From Clostridia bacterium (GTDB lineage Bacteria > Bacillota > Clostridia > Christensenellales > CAG-138), in contig DAIRTE010000001.1 of the NCBI GenBank assembly GCA_036804025.1, forward strand, positions 2,542 through 66,541: DNA of 64,000 nt, in the 5' to 3' direction. A model generated the notes under the pieces. It saw only the letters and a program-made list of their open reading frames with translations. It was not told where the DNA came from and did not search any database. A program made the translations under genes and the position numbers. This document shows positions 26,715-35,905 of this stretch, piece by piece (position 1 is the first letter of the stretch; each line of letters starts with the position of its first letter).

Positions 26715-29672
26715 ATGCGGTTCACGCGAAAAATACCCCGGAATGGTTCCGGCAAAGTCAAGGAGTACACAAGGTTGAATGAACTGGAGTTTGTAACAAG
26801 CGGATACGCCGATGAAACGCTCTCGCGCGACGAAACACTGTTTCATTGCGCAAATGGCTATCTCGGCGTGAGGGGCTGCCTGGAAGAAGGCGCAAAAGGC
26901 GGCGTGCTCACCGTCCGCGGGGCATATATCAACGGGTTTTGCGAAGAAGAAGAAATCAACTATGGCGAGCGGCTATACGGCTTTCCCGAAAGCAAGCAGG
27001 TAATCGTTAACCTGCCGGACGCGCAGAGCGTGCATCTCTGGGCGGGCGGCGTGAAAGCCGCCGCGTGGAGCGACGCCGCAGAGGGGATGACCAGACGGTT
27101 GGACCTTCGGGCGGGGGTTGCTAAACGCGACTACCAATTTCATACCACGCGCGGATCGCTCCGGCTCTCGGTGACGCGCATGGCAAGCTTTGCGCTCAAA
27201 GAGCTGTTTGTGCTGCGCTTTTGCGTGACCTCTATGGATTATTCCGGGGAGATTCGGCTGGACTCGCTGCTCAACGGCGACGTAACGAACTTTAGCGACC
27301 CGGACGACCCGCGCGTCGCCTCGGAGACCAAGCCAAAGCTCGTAATCACCCGTCGGCGGCTCGAGGGCGGTTGCATTGCGTTGCAAGCGGAGACGCTGGC
27401 GAGCAAACGCTCGCTTGGGTGTGCGGTGCTGCACGAGATGGAGGGCAGCGCGCCGGAGCTCTATGGGCAGGGAAACCTGCTCGCCGCGCGGTTTCAGCGC
27501 GACATCCATCCGGGAGAAACGGTTACACTGATCAAGTATTGCGTCTATGCGGAAGCGCCGGAGGGGAAAGACCCCGTCGACGCGGCGATTTCGCTGGTGG
27601 AACACGCGCGCGAGAAGGGATATGAACATTGGGCGAAGCTCCAGCGGTCGTATCTGGAGGATTTCTGGCACAAATCCCGCGTGCGGATACAGGGCGATGA
27701 CCGCACACAGGCGTATCTGGATCTATGCGTCTACGAGCTGCTCTGCGCGGCGGGACAGAACGGGCGCAGCAGCGTGGCGGCCAAGGGACTCAGCGGCGAA
27801 GGATATGAGGGGCATTACTTCTGGGATTGCGAAACCTATGCATTTCCGTTCTTTCTCATGAGTGCGCCCGAAATGGCGAAAAAGCTGCTGGATTACCGAT
27901 ATGAACATCTCGATGCGGCGCGCCGGAACGCGCGGATGCTTGGGCACGAACGCGGCGCGCTCTATCCCTGGCGTACGATTACGGGGTCCGAGTGCTCTTC
28001 GTATTATCCCTCCGGCTCGGCGCAGTATCACATCAACGCGGATATTGCGCATGCGTTTATTCAGTATTGGTACGCAACGAAGGATATCGGCTATCTGCCG
28101 CGCATCTGCGAGGTGCTGGTTGAGACCGCGCGGCTGTATCTGGACGTTGGACATATGCGAGACGGGGAGTTTCGCATTGACGGTGTGACCGGGCCGGACG
28201 AATACACCTGCATCGTAGACAACAACTATTATACGAACGCGGGCGCGGCCAAAACGTTTCTGGAAGCGGATGCGCTTTGCCGCTTGCTGGATCAAAACGG
28301 CGGACTGGACGCGCTCCGCACGAAAATTGGCGTAACCGCGGAAGAGCTGGCGGCGTTTTCTGCCGCCGGAAACGCCATGTATCTGCCAATGGACGAGCGG
28401 CTGGGCATCTGCAAGCAGGACGACAGCTTTCTTAATAAGAAACGATGGGAATTGAGCGAAATTCCGCCGGAACATTTTCCGCTGCTGATGCACTATCACC
28501 CGCTCTATATCAATCGTAGACAGGTTTGCAAGCAGGCGGATACCGTGCTGGCGCATTTTCTCTACCGCGAGGAGAGCACGCTGATCATGCGCCGCAGCTA
28601 TGCGTACTATGAGCAGGTGACCACGCATGACTCCAGCCTTTCGGCGTGCGTGTTTTCCATGATGGCGGCGCGGCTGGGCGATCTCGCGAGCGCCAAACGC
28701 TATTTTGAGATGACCGTCGGCATCGATATTGAAGACCAGAGCGGCAACACGCGGGACGGTCTCCACATCGCCAACATGGGCGGCGCTTACCTCTCCATGA
28801 TTGCCGGATTTGGCGGAATGCGGTTGGACAACGCCGGGTTGCGCCTGTTTCCGCTCTTGCCGGACGGCTGGGCGGGCTATTCGTTTTTGCTGGCATTCCG
28901 TGGCAGCCGGATATCCGTTTCGGTCAACGCGGAGGGCTGCGCCGTTCGCATGCTGGAAGGCGAAAATCAGGAAGTGCTGGTCTACGACAAAAGCATTTGC
29001 GTCGAAAAGACGGAAACGCAAATCAACCGTCCCATACGCGCAGTCATATTTGATCTGGACGGGGTTGTGACGGACACCGCGCGCTATCACTACGCGGCAT
29101 GGAAGCGGATTGCCGACGAGCTGGAGATTCCGTTTGATCAAACAGGCAACGAGCGCTTTAAGGGCGTTTCCCGTGCGGAATGCATGCATCTGCTGCTGGA
29201 AATGGGCGGACGTACCATGCCGCAGGAGCAGATGGCAATCTGGCTAAACAAGAAGAATCTATACTATCTGGAAGAGCTGTCTTCGTTGTCCCCCGAGGAT
29301 ATTTTGCCGGGCGTTGCGGAAACCCTGACGGATCTAAAAGAACGAAACATTCCCTGCGCGCTGTTTTCGGTCAGCAAAAATACAAAGTTCATTCTGGAGC
29401 GAATCGGGTTGCAGGATGCGTTTGGCGCAGTCGTCGACGGAAATGACATCACGCACTCGAAGCCGCATTTTGAGGGCTACCTGCTGGCGGCCGAGCGACT
29501 GGGCGTCGATCCGCGGCTTTGCCTGATGATTGAGGATGCGGAAATGGGGCTTGCCGGCGCAAAAGCGCTCTCCATGCGGACGATTGGAATCGGCACAAAG
29601 TACGCGGCGGACTACAATCTGGCCGATACGCAGAGACTGCCGGAATGGATTGGGCGGATAACATCCAAATAG
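26715..29672 (+). CDS. GH65 glycoside (disaccharide) phosphorylase fused to a C-terminal beta-phosphoglucomutase (HAD) domain
   Basis: 985 aa. GH65 N-terminal pattern (ETLFHCANGYLGVRG) and a catalytic-domain region (GEGYEGHYFWDCETY). The C-terminal ~215 aa are beta-PGM-like (AVIFDLDGVVTDTARYHY...). An alternative TTG start lies at 26775. Confidence 0.85.
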   Translation: MRFTRKIPRNGSGKVKEYTRLNELEFVTSGYADETLSRDETLFHCANGYLGVRGCLEEGAKGGVLTVRGAYINGFCEEEEINYGERLYGFPESKQVIVNLPDAQSVHLWAGGVKAAAWSDAAEGMTRRLDLRAGVAKRDYQFHTTRGSLRLSVTRMASFALKELFVLRFCVTSMDYSGEIRLDSLLNGDVTNFSDPDDPRVASETKPKLVITRRRLEGGCIALQAETLASKRSLGCAVLHEMEGSAPELYGQGNLLAARFQRDIHPGETVTLIKYCVYAEAPEGKDPVDAAISLVEHAREKGYEHWAKLQRSYLEDFWHKSRVRIQGDDRTQAYLDLCVYELLCAAGQNGRSSVAAKGLSGEGYEGHYFWDCETYAFPFFLMSAPEMAKKLLDYRYEHLDAARRNARMLGHERGALYPWRTITGSECSSYYPSGSAQYHINADIAHAFIQYWYATKDIGYLPRICEVLVETARLYLDVGHMRDGEFRIDGVTGPDEYTCIVDNNYYTNAGAAKTFLEADALCRLLDQNGGLDALRTKIGVTAEELAAFSAAGNAMYLPMDERLGICKQDDSFLNKKRWELSEIPPEHFPLLMHYHPLYINRRQVCKQADTVLAHFLYREESTLIMRRSYAYYEQVTTHDSSLSACVFSMMAARLGDLASAKRYFEMTVGIDIEDQSGNTRDGLHIANMGGAYLSMIAGFGGMRLDNAGLRLFPLLPDGWAGYSFLLAFRGSRISVSVNAEGCAVRMLEGENQEVLVYDKSICVEKTETQINRPIRAVIFDLDGVVTDTARYHYAAWKRIADELEIPFDQTGNERFKGVSRAECMHLLLEMGGRTMPQEQMAIWLNKKNLYYLEELSSLSPEDILPGVAETLTDLKERNIPCALFSVSKNTKFILERIGLQDAFGAVVDGNDITHSKPHFEGYLLAAERLGVDPRLCLMIEDAEMGLAGAKALSMRTIGIGTKYAADYNLADTQRLPEWIGRITSK

Positions 29673-29766
29673 GATTAGCGGCAGATCGGGCGAAAAGGAA
29701 CGCTTGCGGCCGAGATCAATCGAAGCGTTTTTGGATCATCTGTGAAGGAATAAAGCGAATGCAACG

Positions 29767-29791
29767 AAAGCCCTATGAGAGGGCTTTTTTT
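29767..29791 (+). terminator. rho-independent terminator after the GH65 gene
   Basis: 8-bp stem aaagccct/agggcttt with a 5-nt loop, then a T-run to 29791. Confidence 0.75.
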
Positions 29792-30065
29792 GTATTGGTT
29801 CTTGTTTTCCGTGTTCTGCAAAAATAGCATGCTGAAAAGGGAACACCGCCGACATGAAATTTATAACGTCGCAACGGGGTAATTTGTGTGCAAATTATGT
29901 GGCAAGAGCAGCTAAAATGGGCAGAAAACGCGAAAAAAGCAGGAAGAAAGAGGAGAATTTTTCTTACATGCACATTAATTGATGACATTTGTTTGATACG
30001 ATGGTTGTGGTCAAATCAGAGAACGCACTTCCGAACCGACTTACAACTGAAAAGAGGGCAGTGAA

Positions 30066-30563
30066 ATGAACAACGCACAATCGCATTGTACTTGCTGTCA
30101 ATTGGACGGCGCGGGACCTTTCGCCGAACTCGATCTCATCATCGATCTCTATCGAGACAAAGAGGGGAATCTCATTCAGATTCTGCACATCGCACAGGAA
30201 CTCTACGGTTTTTTATCGCTCGAATTACAACAGCATATTGCACAAGCACTGCAAAAACCGCTCTCCGAGGTTTCGGGTGTGGTTACGTTCTACTCGTTCT
30301 TCTCCACAAAACCGCGCGGCGAGCATACCATTCGCGTGTGCCTCGGCACGGCCTGCTATGTGCGCGGCGGAAAAAAGATTGTCGATGCGCTGCAGAAGAC
30401 GCTGAATGTGGACATCGGGGAAACGACCGCGGACGGAAAGTTCACCTTCGAGGTTGCGCGTTGTATTGGCGCCTGCGGACTAGCGCCGGCAATGATGATT
30501 GACGACGTCGTCTACAAACAGGTGAACATCAACAAACTCAACGCGATTCTTTCGCGTTATTGA
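30066..30563 (+). CDS. NuoE/HydC-like [2Fe-2S] thioredoxin-fold subunit
   Basis: 165 aa. CLGTACYVRG...CIGACGLAP cysteine pattern typical of NuoE/HydC/HndA. Confidence 0.88.
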   Translation: MNNAQSHCTCCQLDGAGPFAELDLIIDLYRDKEGNLIQILHIAQELYGFLSLELQQHIAQALQKPLSEVSGVVTFYSFFSTKPRGEHTIRVCLGTACYVRGGKKIVDALQKTLNVDIGETTADGKFTFEVARCIGACGLAPAMMIDDVVYKQVNINKLNAILSRY

Positions 30564-30567
30564 GGGG

Positions 30568-33500
30568 GTGAAGAATTTGAGCGAGACCATGGTGAAAACG
30601 ATTCAGGATCTGGAGCAGATTAAACAGGCGTATCTCGACGAGACCGCGAAGAGCCGCTACCAGATTCTTGTTTGCAGCGGCGCGGGTTGCGTCTCCTCCA
30701 ACTGCGCGGAGGTTCGCGACGCCGTGCGCGACGAACTGAGCCGCATTGGCATGAGCGAGCAGGTCATCGTCCGCGAGACGGGCTGCATTGGCACCTGCGC
30801 GGTGGGGCCGGTCATGCTGGTTCTGCCGGAGCGCATCTTCTACACGAAACTGACCCCGCAGATTGCGCGCACAATCGTGCAAAAGCACATTGGCCACGGC
30901 GAGATTGCGGAAGCGTATACCTTCTACGACGAGTCGCTGAAGAAGCGGATTCCGAAGATCGACGACATCGACTTCTTCAAAGAACAGGTGCGCATTGCGC
31001 TGCGCAACTGCGGCGTGATTGAATACAACAGCCTGGATGCCTACATCAGCCGGGACGGGTACCTCGCCGCGGCAAAGGCGCTCAACGAACGCTCGGCGCA
31101 AGAGGTAATCGACGAGGTCAAGCGCAGCGGAATGCGCGGCCGCGGCGGCGCGGGCTTCCCAACCGGCGTGAAATGGCAGGCGGGGCACGACGCGCCGGGC
31201 GGACAGAAGTACATCGTCTGCAACGCGGACGAGGGCGACCCGGGCGCGTTTATGGATCGCAGCATTCTGGAAGGCGACCCGCACACGGTCATCGAGGGCA
31301 TGCTGATTGGCGCCTATGCCATCGGCGCGAGCAAGGGCTATGTCTACGTACGCGCGGAGTATCCGCTGGCCATTGAGCGGCTGGAAAAAGCGCTGGAGGA
31401 AGCGCGCTCTCGCGGCGTTCTGGGGCAGAACGTGTTCAATAGCGGGTTCGATTTTGATCTGGAGATTCGCATTGGCGCGGGCGCGTTTGTCTGCGGCGAA
31501 GAGACGGCGCTGATGGCGTCCATCGAGGGCTGCCGCGGCGAGCCGAGGCAAAAGCCGCCGTTCCCGTTCCAGAGCGGACTGTTTCAAAAGCCGACGATCA
31601 TCAATAACGTGGAAACCTACGCGAGCATTCCCGAAATTCTACTCAAGGGCGGGGAATGGTACTCCGGCTTCGGAACCGAGAAGAGCAAGGGCACGAAGGT
31701 GTTTGCGCTCGCCGGGGACGTGGTGAACACCGGCATCATCGAGGTGCCGATTGGAAAACCGCTTGGGGACATTCTCTTTAACATTGGCGGCGGGCTGCGG
31801 GATCGAAAGAAGTTCAAGGCGGCGCAGATTGGCGGGCCTTCCGGCGGCTGTGTTACGCGGGACAACCTGAACACCCCTACGGACTATGAGTCCCTGCAGT
31901 CGCTCGGCGCGATTATGGGCTCCGGCGGACTGATCGCGATGAACGAGGACGCTTGCATGGTGGATACGGCGCGCTTCTTCATGGACTTCATTCGCGACGA
32001 GTCCTGCGGAAAGTGCGCGGCCTGCCGCATCGGCACCACGCGCATGCTCGAGATATTGGAGCGCATTACGCGCGGTGAGGGCGAGAAAGGCGACATCGAG
32101 CTGCTGGAAGAACTCGGCGAAACGATTAAGGACACCGCCATGTGCGGCCTTGGTCAAACCGCGCCGAACCCGGTGCTCTCGACCATTCGCTACTTCCGCG
32201 AGGAATACGAGGAGCACATTCGCGACAAATACTGCCGCTCCAGCGTCTGCTCGCCGCTGTTCATCTCCCCCTGCGAGAACACCTGCCCGGCAAACATCAA
32301 CGTGCCGGGGTATATGAGCCTGGTGGCGGCGGGGCGGTTCATCGACGCGTATAACCTGATTCGGCAGGAGAACCCCTTCCCGGCGGTCTGCGGGCGCATC
32401 TGCACGCACCCCTGCGAAACCAAGTGCCGCCGCCGCACGCTGGACGAAGCGGTTTCCATCTGCGAAATCAAGCGCTTTGTCGCGGACTATGCCTATAAAC
32501 ACGAGGAACCATTCAACGCGGAACTCGTGTTCCCGAAGAACGGGAAAAAGGTCGCCATCGTCGGCGCGGGTACTTCCGGCCTGACCTGCGGGTATTATCT
32601 CGTGAAGATTGGCTACGAGGTGGACGTGTACGAGTCCGAGGCGGTTGCGGGCGGCGTTCTTGCGTTCGGCATACCGGAATACCGGCTGCCCAAGAAGGTG
32701 CTTCAGCACGAGATCGACCTGATTGCGCAGGCGGGCGTGAACATTCACCTGAACACGCAGGTGGGCAAGGATATTACCTTCAAAGCGCTGCAGGCGCAGT
32801 ACGACGCGGTCTACATTGCAACCGGCACGCAGTTTCCGGAGAAGGTCAACATCTCCGGCGAGGGGTTGACCGGCGTGATTCACGGCATTGACTTCCTCAA
32901 AAACGTGAACCTCCAGCGCGAGATGTCGCTGGGTGCCACGGTCGCGATTATCGGCGGCGGCAACACCGCAATCGACTCCGCGCGCACGGCACTGCGCCTG
33001 GGCGCGGACCGCGTGATGATTCTCTACCGGCGGACGCGGGACGCGATGCCCGCGAGCGTGGAGGAGGTGCAGGCGGCGCTGGACGAAGGGGTTGAGCTAC
33101 ATGAGCTCGTTGCTCCGGTTCGGTTCCTCGCAAACCGCGCGGGCAAGGTCTGCAAGATTGAGTGCCAGACCATGAAGCTAGGGGAATTCGACAAGAACGG
33201 CCGCCGCAGGGCGGTTCCCATTGAGGATTCCAACTATACCATCGAGGTGGACGCGGTGATTCCGGCCGTGAGCCAGTATTCCGACCTGCCGTTCATCAAA
33301 AAGAGCGAGATTGGCGTAACCAGCTGGGGTACGTTCGTGGTGGACTACGATACCATGATGACGACCATGCCGGGCGTGTTTGCCGGCGGCGACGTCGTCC
33401 GCGGGCCGGACACCGTGATTCAGGCAATTGCGGACGGCAAGAACGCGGCGGTCTCGATTGACAAATATCTGGGCGGAAAAGGAAAGCTGAACAAAGGCGC

Positions 33501-33678
33501 GCCAATTGAGATTCCCGACCAGTTCAGCGACGATGAGATTGTCGAGCACAAGCGCTTTGAGATAGAAGAGCTCGACATCGAAAAGCGCAAGACCTCGTTT
33601 GACGAAGTCGTGCTGGGTTACCACAAACTCAGGGCGATGGCCGAGGCGATGCGCTGCCTGCACTGCGACAGGAGGTAG
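30568..33678 (+). CDS. NuoF/HydB-like flavoprotein fused to a GltD/NfnB-like NADPH-dependent FAD/Fe-S oxidoreductase module
   Basis: 1036 aa. N-terminal Trx-like 2Fe-2S (CSGAGC...CIGTC). NuoF core (GRGGAGFPTGVKW, CNADEGDPGAFMDR, CGKCAACRIG). From ~32230 a GltD-like part (CPANINVPGY, CGRICTHPCETKC, VAIVGAGTSGL, VAIIGGGNTAIDSAR). The start (GTG 30568, TTG 30577 or ATG 30589) is uncertain. Confidence 0.85.
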   Translation: MKNLSETMVKTIQDLEQIKQAYLDETAKSRYQILVCSGAGCVSSNCAEVRDAVRDELSRIGMSEQVIVRETGCIGTCAVGPVMLVLPERIFYTKLTPQIARTIVQKHIGHGEIAEAYTFYDESLKKRIPKIDDIDFFKEQVRIALRNCGVIEYNSLDAYISRDGYLAAAKALNERSAQEVIDEVKRSGMRGRGGAGFPTGVKWQAGHDAPGGQKYIVCNADEGDPGAFMDRSILEGDPHTVIEGMLIGAYAIGASKGYVYVRAEYPLAIERLEKALEEARSRGVLGQNVFNSGFDFDLEIRIGAGAFVCGEETALMASIEGCRGEPRQKPPFPFQSGLFQKPTIINNVETYASIPEILLKGGEWYSGFGTEKSKGTKVFALAGDVVNTGIIEVPIGKPLGDILFNIGGGLRDRKKFKAAQIGGPSGGCVTRDNLNTPTDYESLQSLGAIMGSGGLIAMNEDACMVDTARFFMDFIRDESCGKCAACRIGTTRMLEILERITRGEGEKGDIELLEELGETIKDTAMCGLGQTAPNPVLSTIRYFREEYEEHIRDKYCRSSVCSPLFISPCENTCPANINVPGYMSLVAAGRFIDAYNLIRQENPFPAVCGRICTHPCETKCRRRTLDEAVSICEIKRFVADYAYKHEEPFNAELVFPKNGKKVAIVGAGTSGLTCGYYLVKIGYEVDVYESEAVAGGVLAFGIPEYRLPKKVLQHEIDLIAQAGVNIHLNTQVGKDITFKALQAQYDAVYIATGTQFPEKVNISGEGLTGVIHGIDFLKNVNLQREMSLGATVAIIGGGNTAIDSARTALRLGADRVMILYRRTRDAMPASVEEVQAALDEGVELHELVAPVRFLANRAGKVCKIECQTMKLGEFDKNGRRRAVPIEDSNYTIEVDAVIPAVSQYSDLPFIKKSEIGVTSWGTFVVDYDTMMTTMPGVFAGGDVVRGPDTVIQAIADGKNAAVSIDKYLGGKGKLNKGAPIEIPDQFSDDEIVEHKRFEIEELDIEKRKTSFDEVVLGYHKLRAMAEAMRCLHCDRR

Positions 33679-33687
33679 GTGACCAGC

Positions 33688-35700
33688 ATGAAGCATATTA
33701 CGATCAACGGCAAGCCATATGAGGTGGAGGACGGCCTCACCATCATTGAGGCGGCGAAGCAAAACGGCATACAGATTCCGAGCCTTTGCTATCTTGCGGG
33801 CGTGCACGAATTCGGCTCCTGCCGAATCTGCGTGGTCGAGGTGGAAGGGGCCAAGACGCTGGTGCCTTCCTGCATGACCAAGGTGTCCGAGGGAATGGTG
33901 ATTCAAACGAATTCGGAGCGCGTGCGCCGCGCGCGCAAGGTGCTCTACGAGCTGCTGCTCTCCGACCACTCCAAGGACTGCCTGAGCTGCAAGCGAAACC
34001 AGAGCTGCGAGTTGCAGGCGCTGGGCAAGCAGCTCGGCGTGGAGGCAACCCGCTTTGAGGGCGCGCGGAGCGAATGCGTCATTGACGTTTCCACCTCCAT
34101 TACGCGGGACATGTCCAAGTGCATTCTCTGCCGCCGCTGCGTGACCGCCTGCAATGAGATTCAGGGTGTCGGCATCATCAACGCGCAGAATCGCGGTTTC
34201 CAAACCGTCATCAGTCCCGCCATGGAGCTCGCCATCGGTTCGGTCAACTGCGCGTTCTGCGGGCAGTGCACGGTCGTTTGCCCGGTTGGCGCGCTCAAGG
34301 AGACGGACTCGATTCAGGCCGTTTGGGAAGCGATCAACGACAAGAACAAGCGCGTGATCGTCCAGACCGCGCCCGCCATCCGCGTGGCGATTGGCGAGGA
34401 GTTTGGCAACGAGCCGGGCGCGCGCGTCACCGGAAAACTGGCCGCGGCGCTGCGGCGGTTGGGCTTTGACGATGTGTTTGACACAAACTTCACCGCCGAC
34501 CTGACCATTCTGGAGGAGGGGACGGAGCTGCTCTCCCGCGTGAAGAGCGCGTTGACCGGCGGCGAGGCGGTACTCCCGATGATTACGAGCTGCAGTCCGG
34601 GCTGGATTAAGTATGTGGAACACACCTATCCGGACGAACTGGATCATCTCTCCACCTGCAAATCGCCGCATACCATGCTCGGCGCGCTCGCGAAGAGCTA
34701 CTACGCGGGCAAGATCAAGCGCGAGCCGAAGGATCTCTTCGTGGTTTCCATTATGCCCTGCACGGCGAAGAAGAGCGAAATCATCCGCCCGGAGATGCAA
34801 AACGACGGACTGGCAAACGTGGACGCGGTGCTGACCACGCGCGAACTGGCAAACATGATCCGCGAGATGGGCATTGACTTCAACAACCTGCCGGACGAGG
34901 AATTCGACAACCCCTTGGGCATGTCCACGGGCGCGGCGGATATCTTCGGGTTGACCGGCGGCGTTATGGAGGCGGCTCTGCGCACCGTCTACGAGCTGGT
35001 TACGGGGCGCGAGCTGCCGTTTGAAGGGCTGCACGTAACGCCCATCGTCGGGCTCGATCAGGTCAAGGAAGCCGCGCTGACCATTACGGACACGCTGCCG
35101 GACTATCGCTTCCTCGAAGGCGTTACGGTGCGCATTGCGGTCACCAGCGGGCTTGCGGGCGCGAACAAGCTCATGGAGCAGATTGCCAACGGCACCTCGC
35201 CCTACCACTTTATCGAGGTGATGGGTTGCCCGGGCGGCTGCATCATGGGCGGCGGTCAGCCGCGGTCGGACGACCCGGACGTGCGCAGCAAGCGCCTGCG
35301 AGGGTTGTATACGGAGGACGAGGAAAAGGTGCTCCGTAAGTCGCACGAAAACCCGTTTGTGGTGCAGCTCTACGCGGAGTATCTGGAGCACCCCAACGGC
35401 CACAAGGCGCACGAGCTGCTGCATACGCACTATGTGCGCCGCGGCAAGTACAACGAATACACGAAGGAGCGGTTTGACCTGGGCGTCCGTCCGGCGGAGA
35501 AGAAGCGGGACACTGCCGCACAGGCGATCAACGCCGCCGCGAAGGCGGAGGCCGCGAAATCGCGCGAGGAGATGGAGTCCGTTCGCGTGCTGGCGCTGGA
35601 GGCGGAGAACCAACGCCTCAAGGCGGAACTGGCGGATGTGAACGAGACGGTCGGCTTCTTTAAGAGCGTGATTGCGGATTACGCGAGCCGGGGAAAATAA
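33688..35700 (+). CDS. hydA: [FeFe]-hydrogenase catalytic subunit (M3-type N-terminus, variant L1 motif, C-terminal coiled-coil extension)
   Basis: N-terminal 2Fe-2S, His-ligated 4Fe-4S (HSKDCLSCKRNQSC) and two ferredoxin-type 4Fe-4S clusters. H-cluster motifs are L1 TSCSPGW (34585-34605), L2 MPCTAKKSE (34753-34779) and L3 EVMGCPGGCIMGGGQP (35215-35262). ATG 33688 follows aggagg; the ORF is open from 33679. Confidence 0.9.
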   Translation: MKHITINGKPYEVEDGLTIIEAAKQNGIQIPSLCYLAGVHEFGSCRICVVEVEGAKTLVPSCMTKVSEGMVIQTNSERVRRARKVLYELLLSDHSKDCLSCKRNQSCELQALGKQLGVEATRFEGARSECVIDVSTSITRDMSKCILCRRCVTACNEIQGVGIINAQNRGFQTVISPAMELAIGSVNCAFCGQCTVVCPVGALKETDSIQAVWEAINDKNKRVIVQTAPAIRVAIGEEFGNEPGARVTGKLAAALRRLGFDDVFDTNFTADLTILEEGTELLSRVKSALTGGEAVLPMITSCSPGWIKYVEHTYPDELDHLSTCKSPHTMLGALAKSYYAGKIKREPKDLFVVSIMPCTAKKSEIIRPEMQNDGLANVDAVLTTRELANMIREMGIDFNNLPDEEFDNPLGMSTGAADIFGLTGGVMEAALRTVYELVTGRELPFEGLHVTPIVGLDQVKEAALTITDTLPDYRFLEGVTVRIAVTSGLAGANKLMEQIANGTSPYHFIEVMGCPGGCIMGGGQPRSDDPDVRSKRLRGLYTEDEEKVLRKSHENPFVVQLYAEYLEHPNGHKAHELLHTHYVRRGKYNEYTKERFDLGVRPAEKKRDTAAQAINAAAKAEAAKSREEMESVRVLALEAENQRLKAELADVNETVGFFKSVIADYASRGK

Positions 35701-35730
35701 AACCCCACGCGGCAAAGATGCCAAAGTAAG

Positions 35731-35767
35731 CATCGCGGGAGCTGCAATTGTACCAGCTCCCGCGATG
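35731..35767 (+). terminator. strong hairpin after hydA (putative terminator, weak U-tract)
   Basis: Perfect 14-bp stem catcgcgggagctg / cagctcccgcgatg with a 9-nt loop. Only ttat follows. Confidence 0.45.
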
Positions 35768-35905
35768 TTATGTCCGGCCGTCGGGCGCTTGCATCGGGTC
35801 TCGATTGCGCGGAATAAACACAAAACCAGAAAGTGTCTTGAAACGCCGGACAAAGCCGGATAGAATGATACTAGGCGCGCTGTTTCAACCATCGGAGGAT
35901 ACCAC

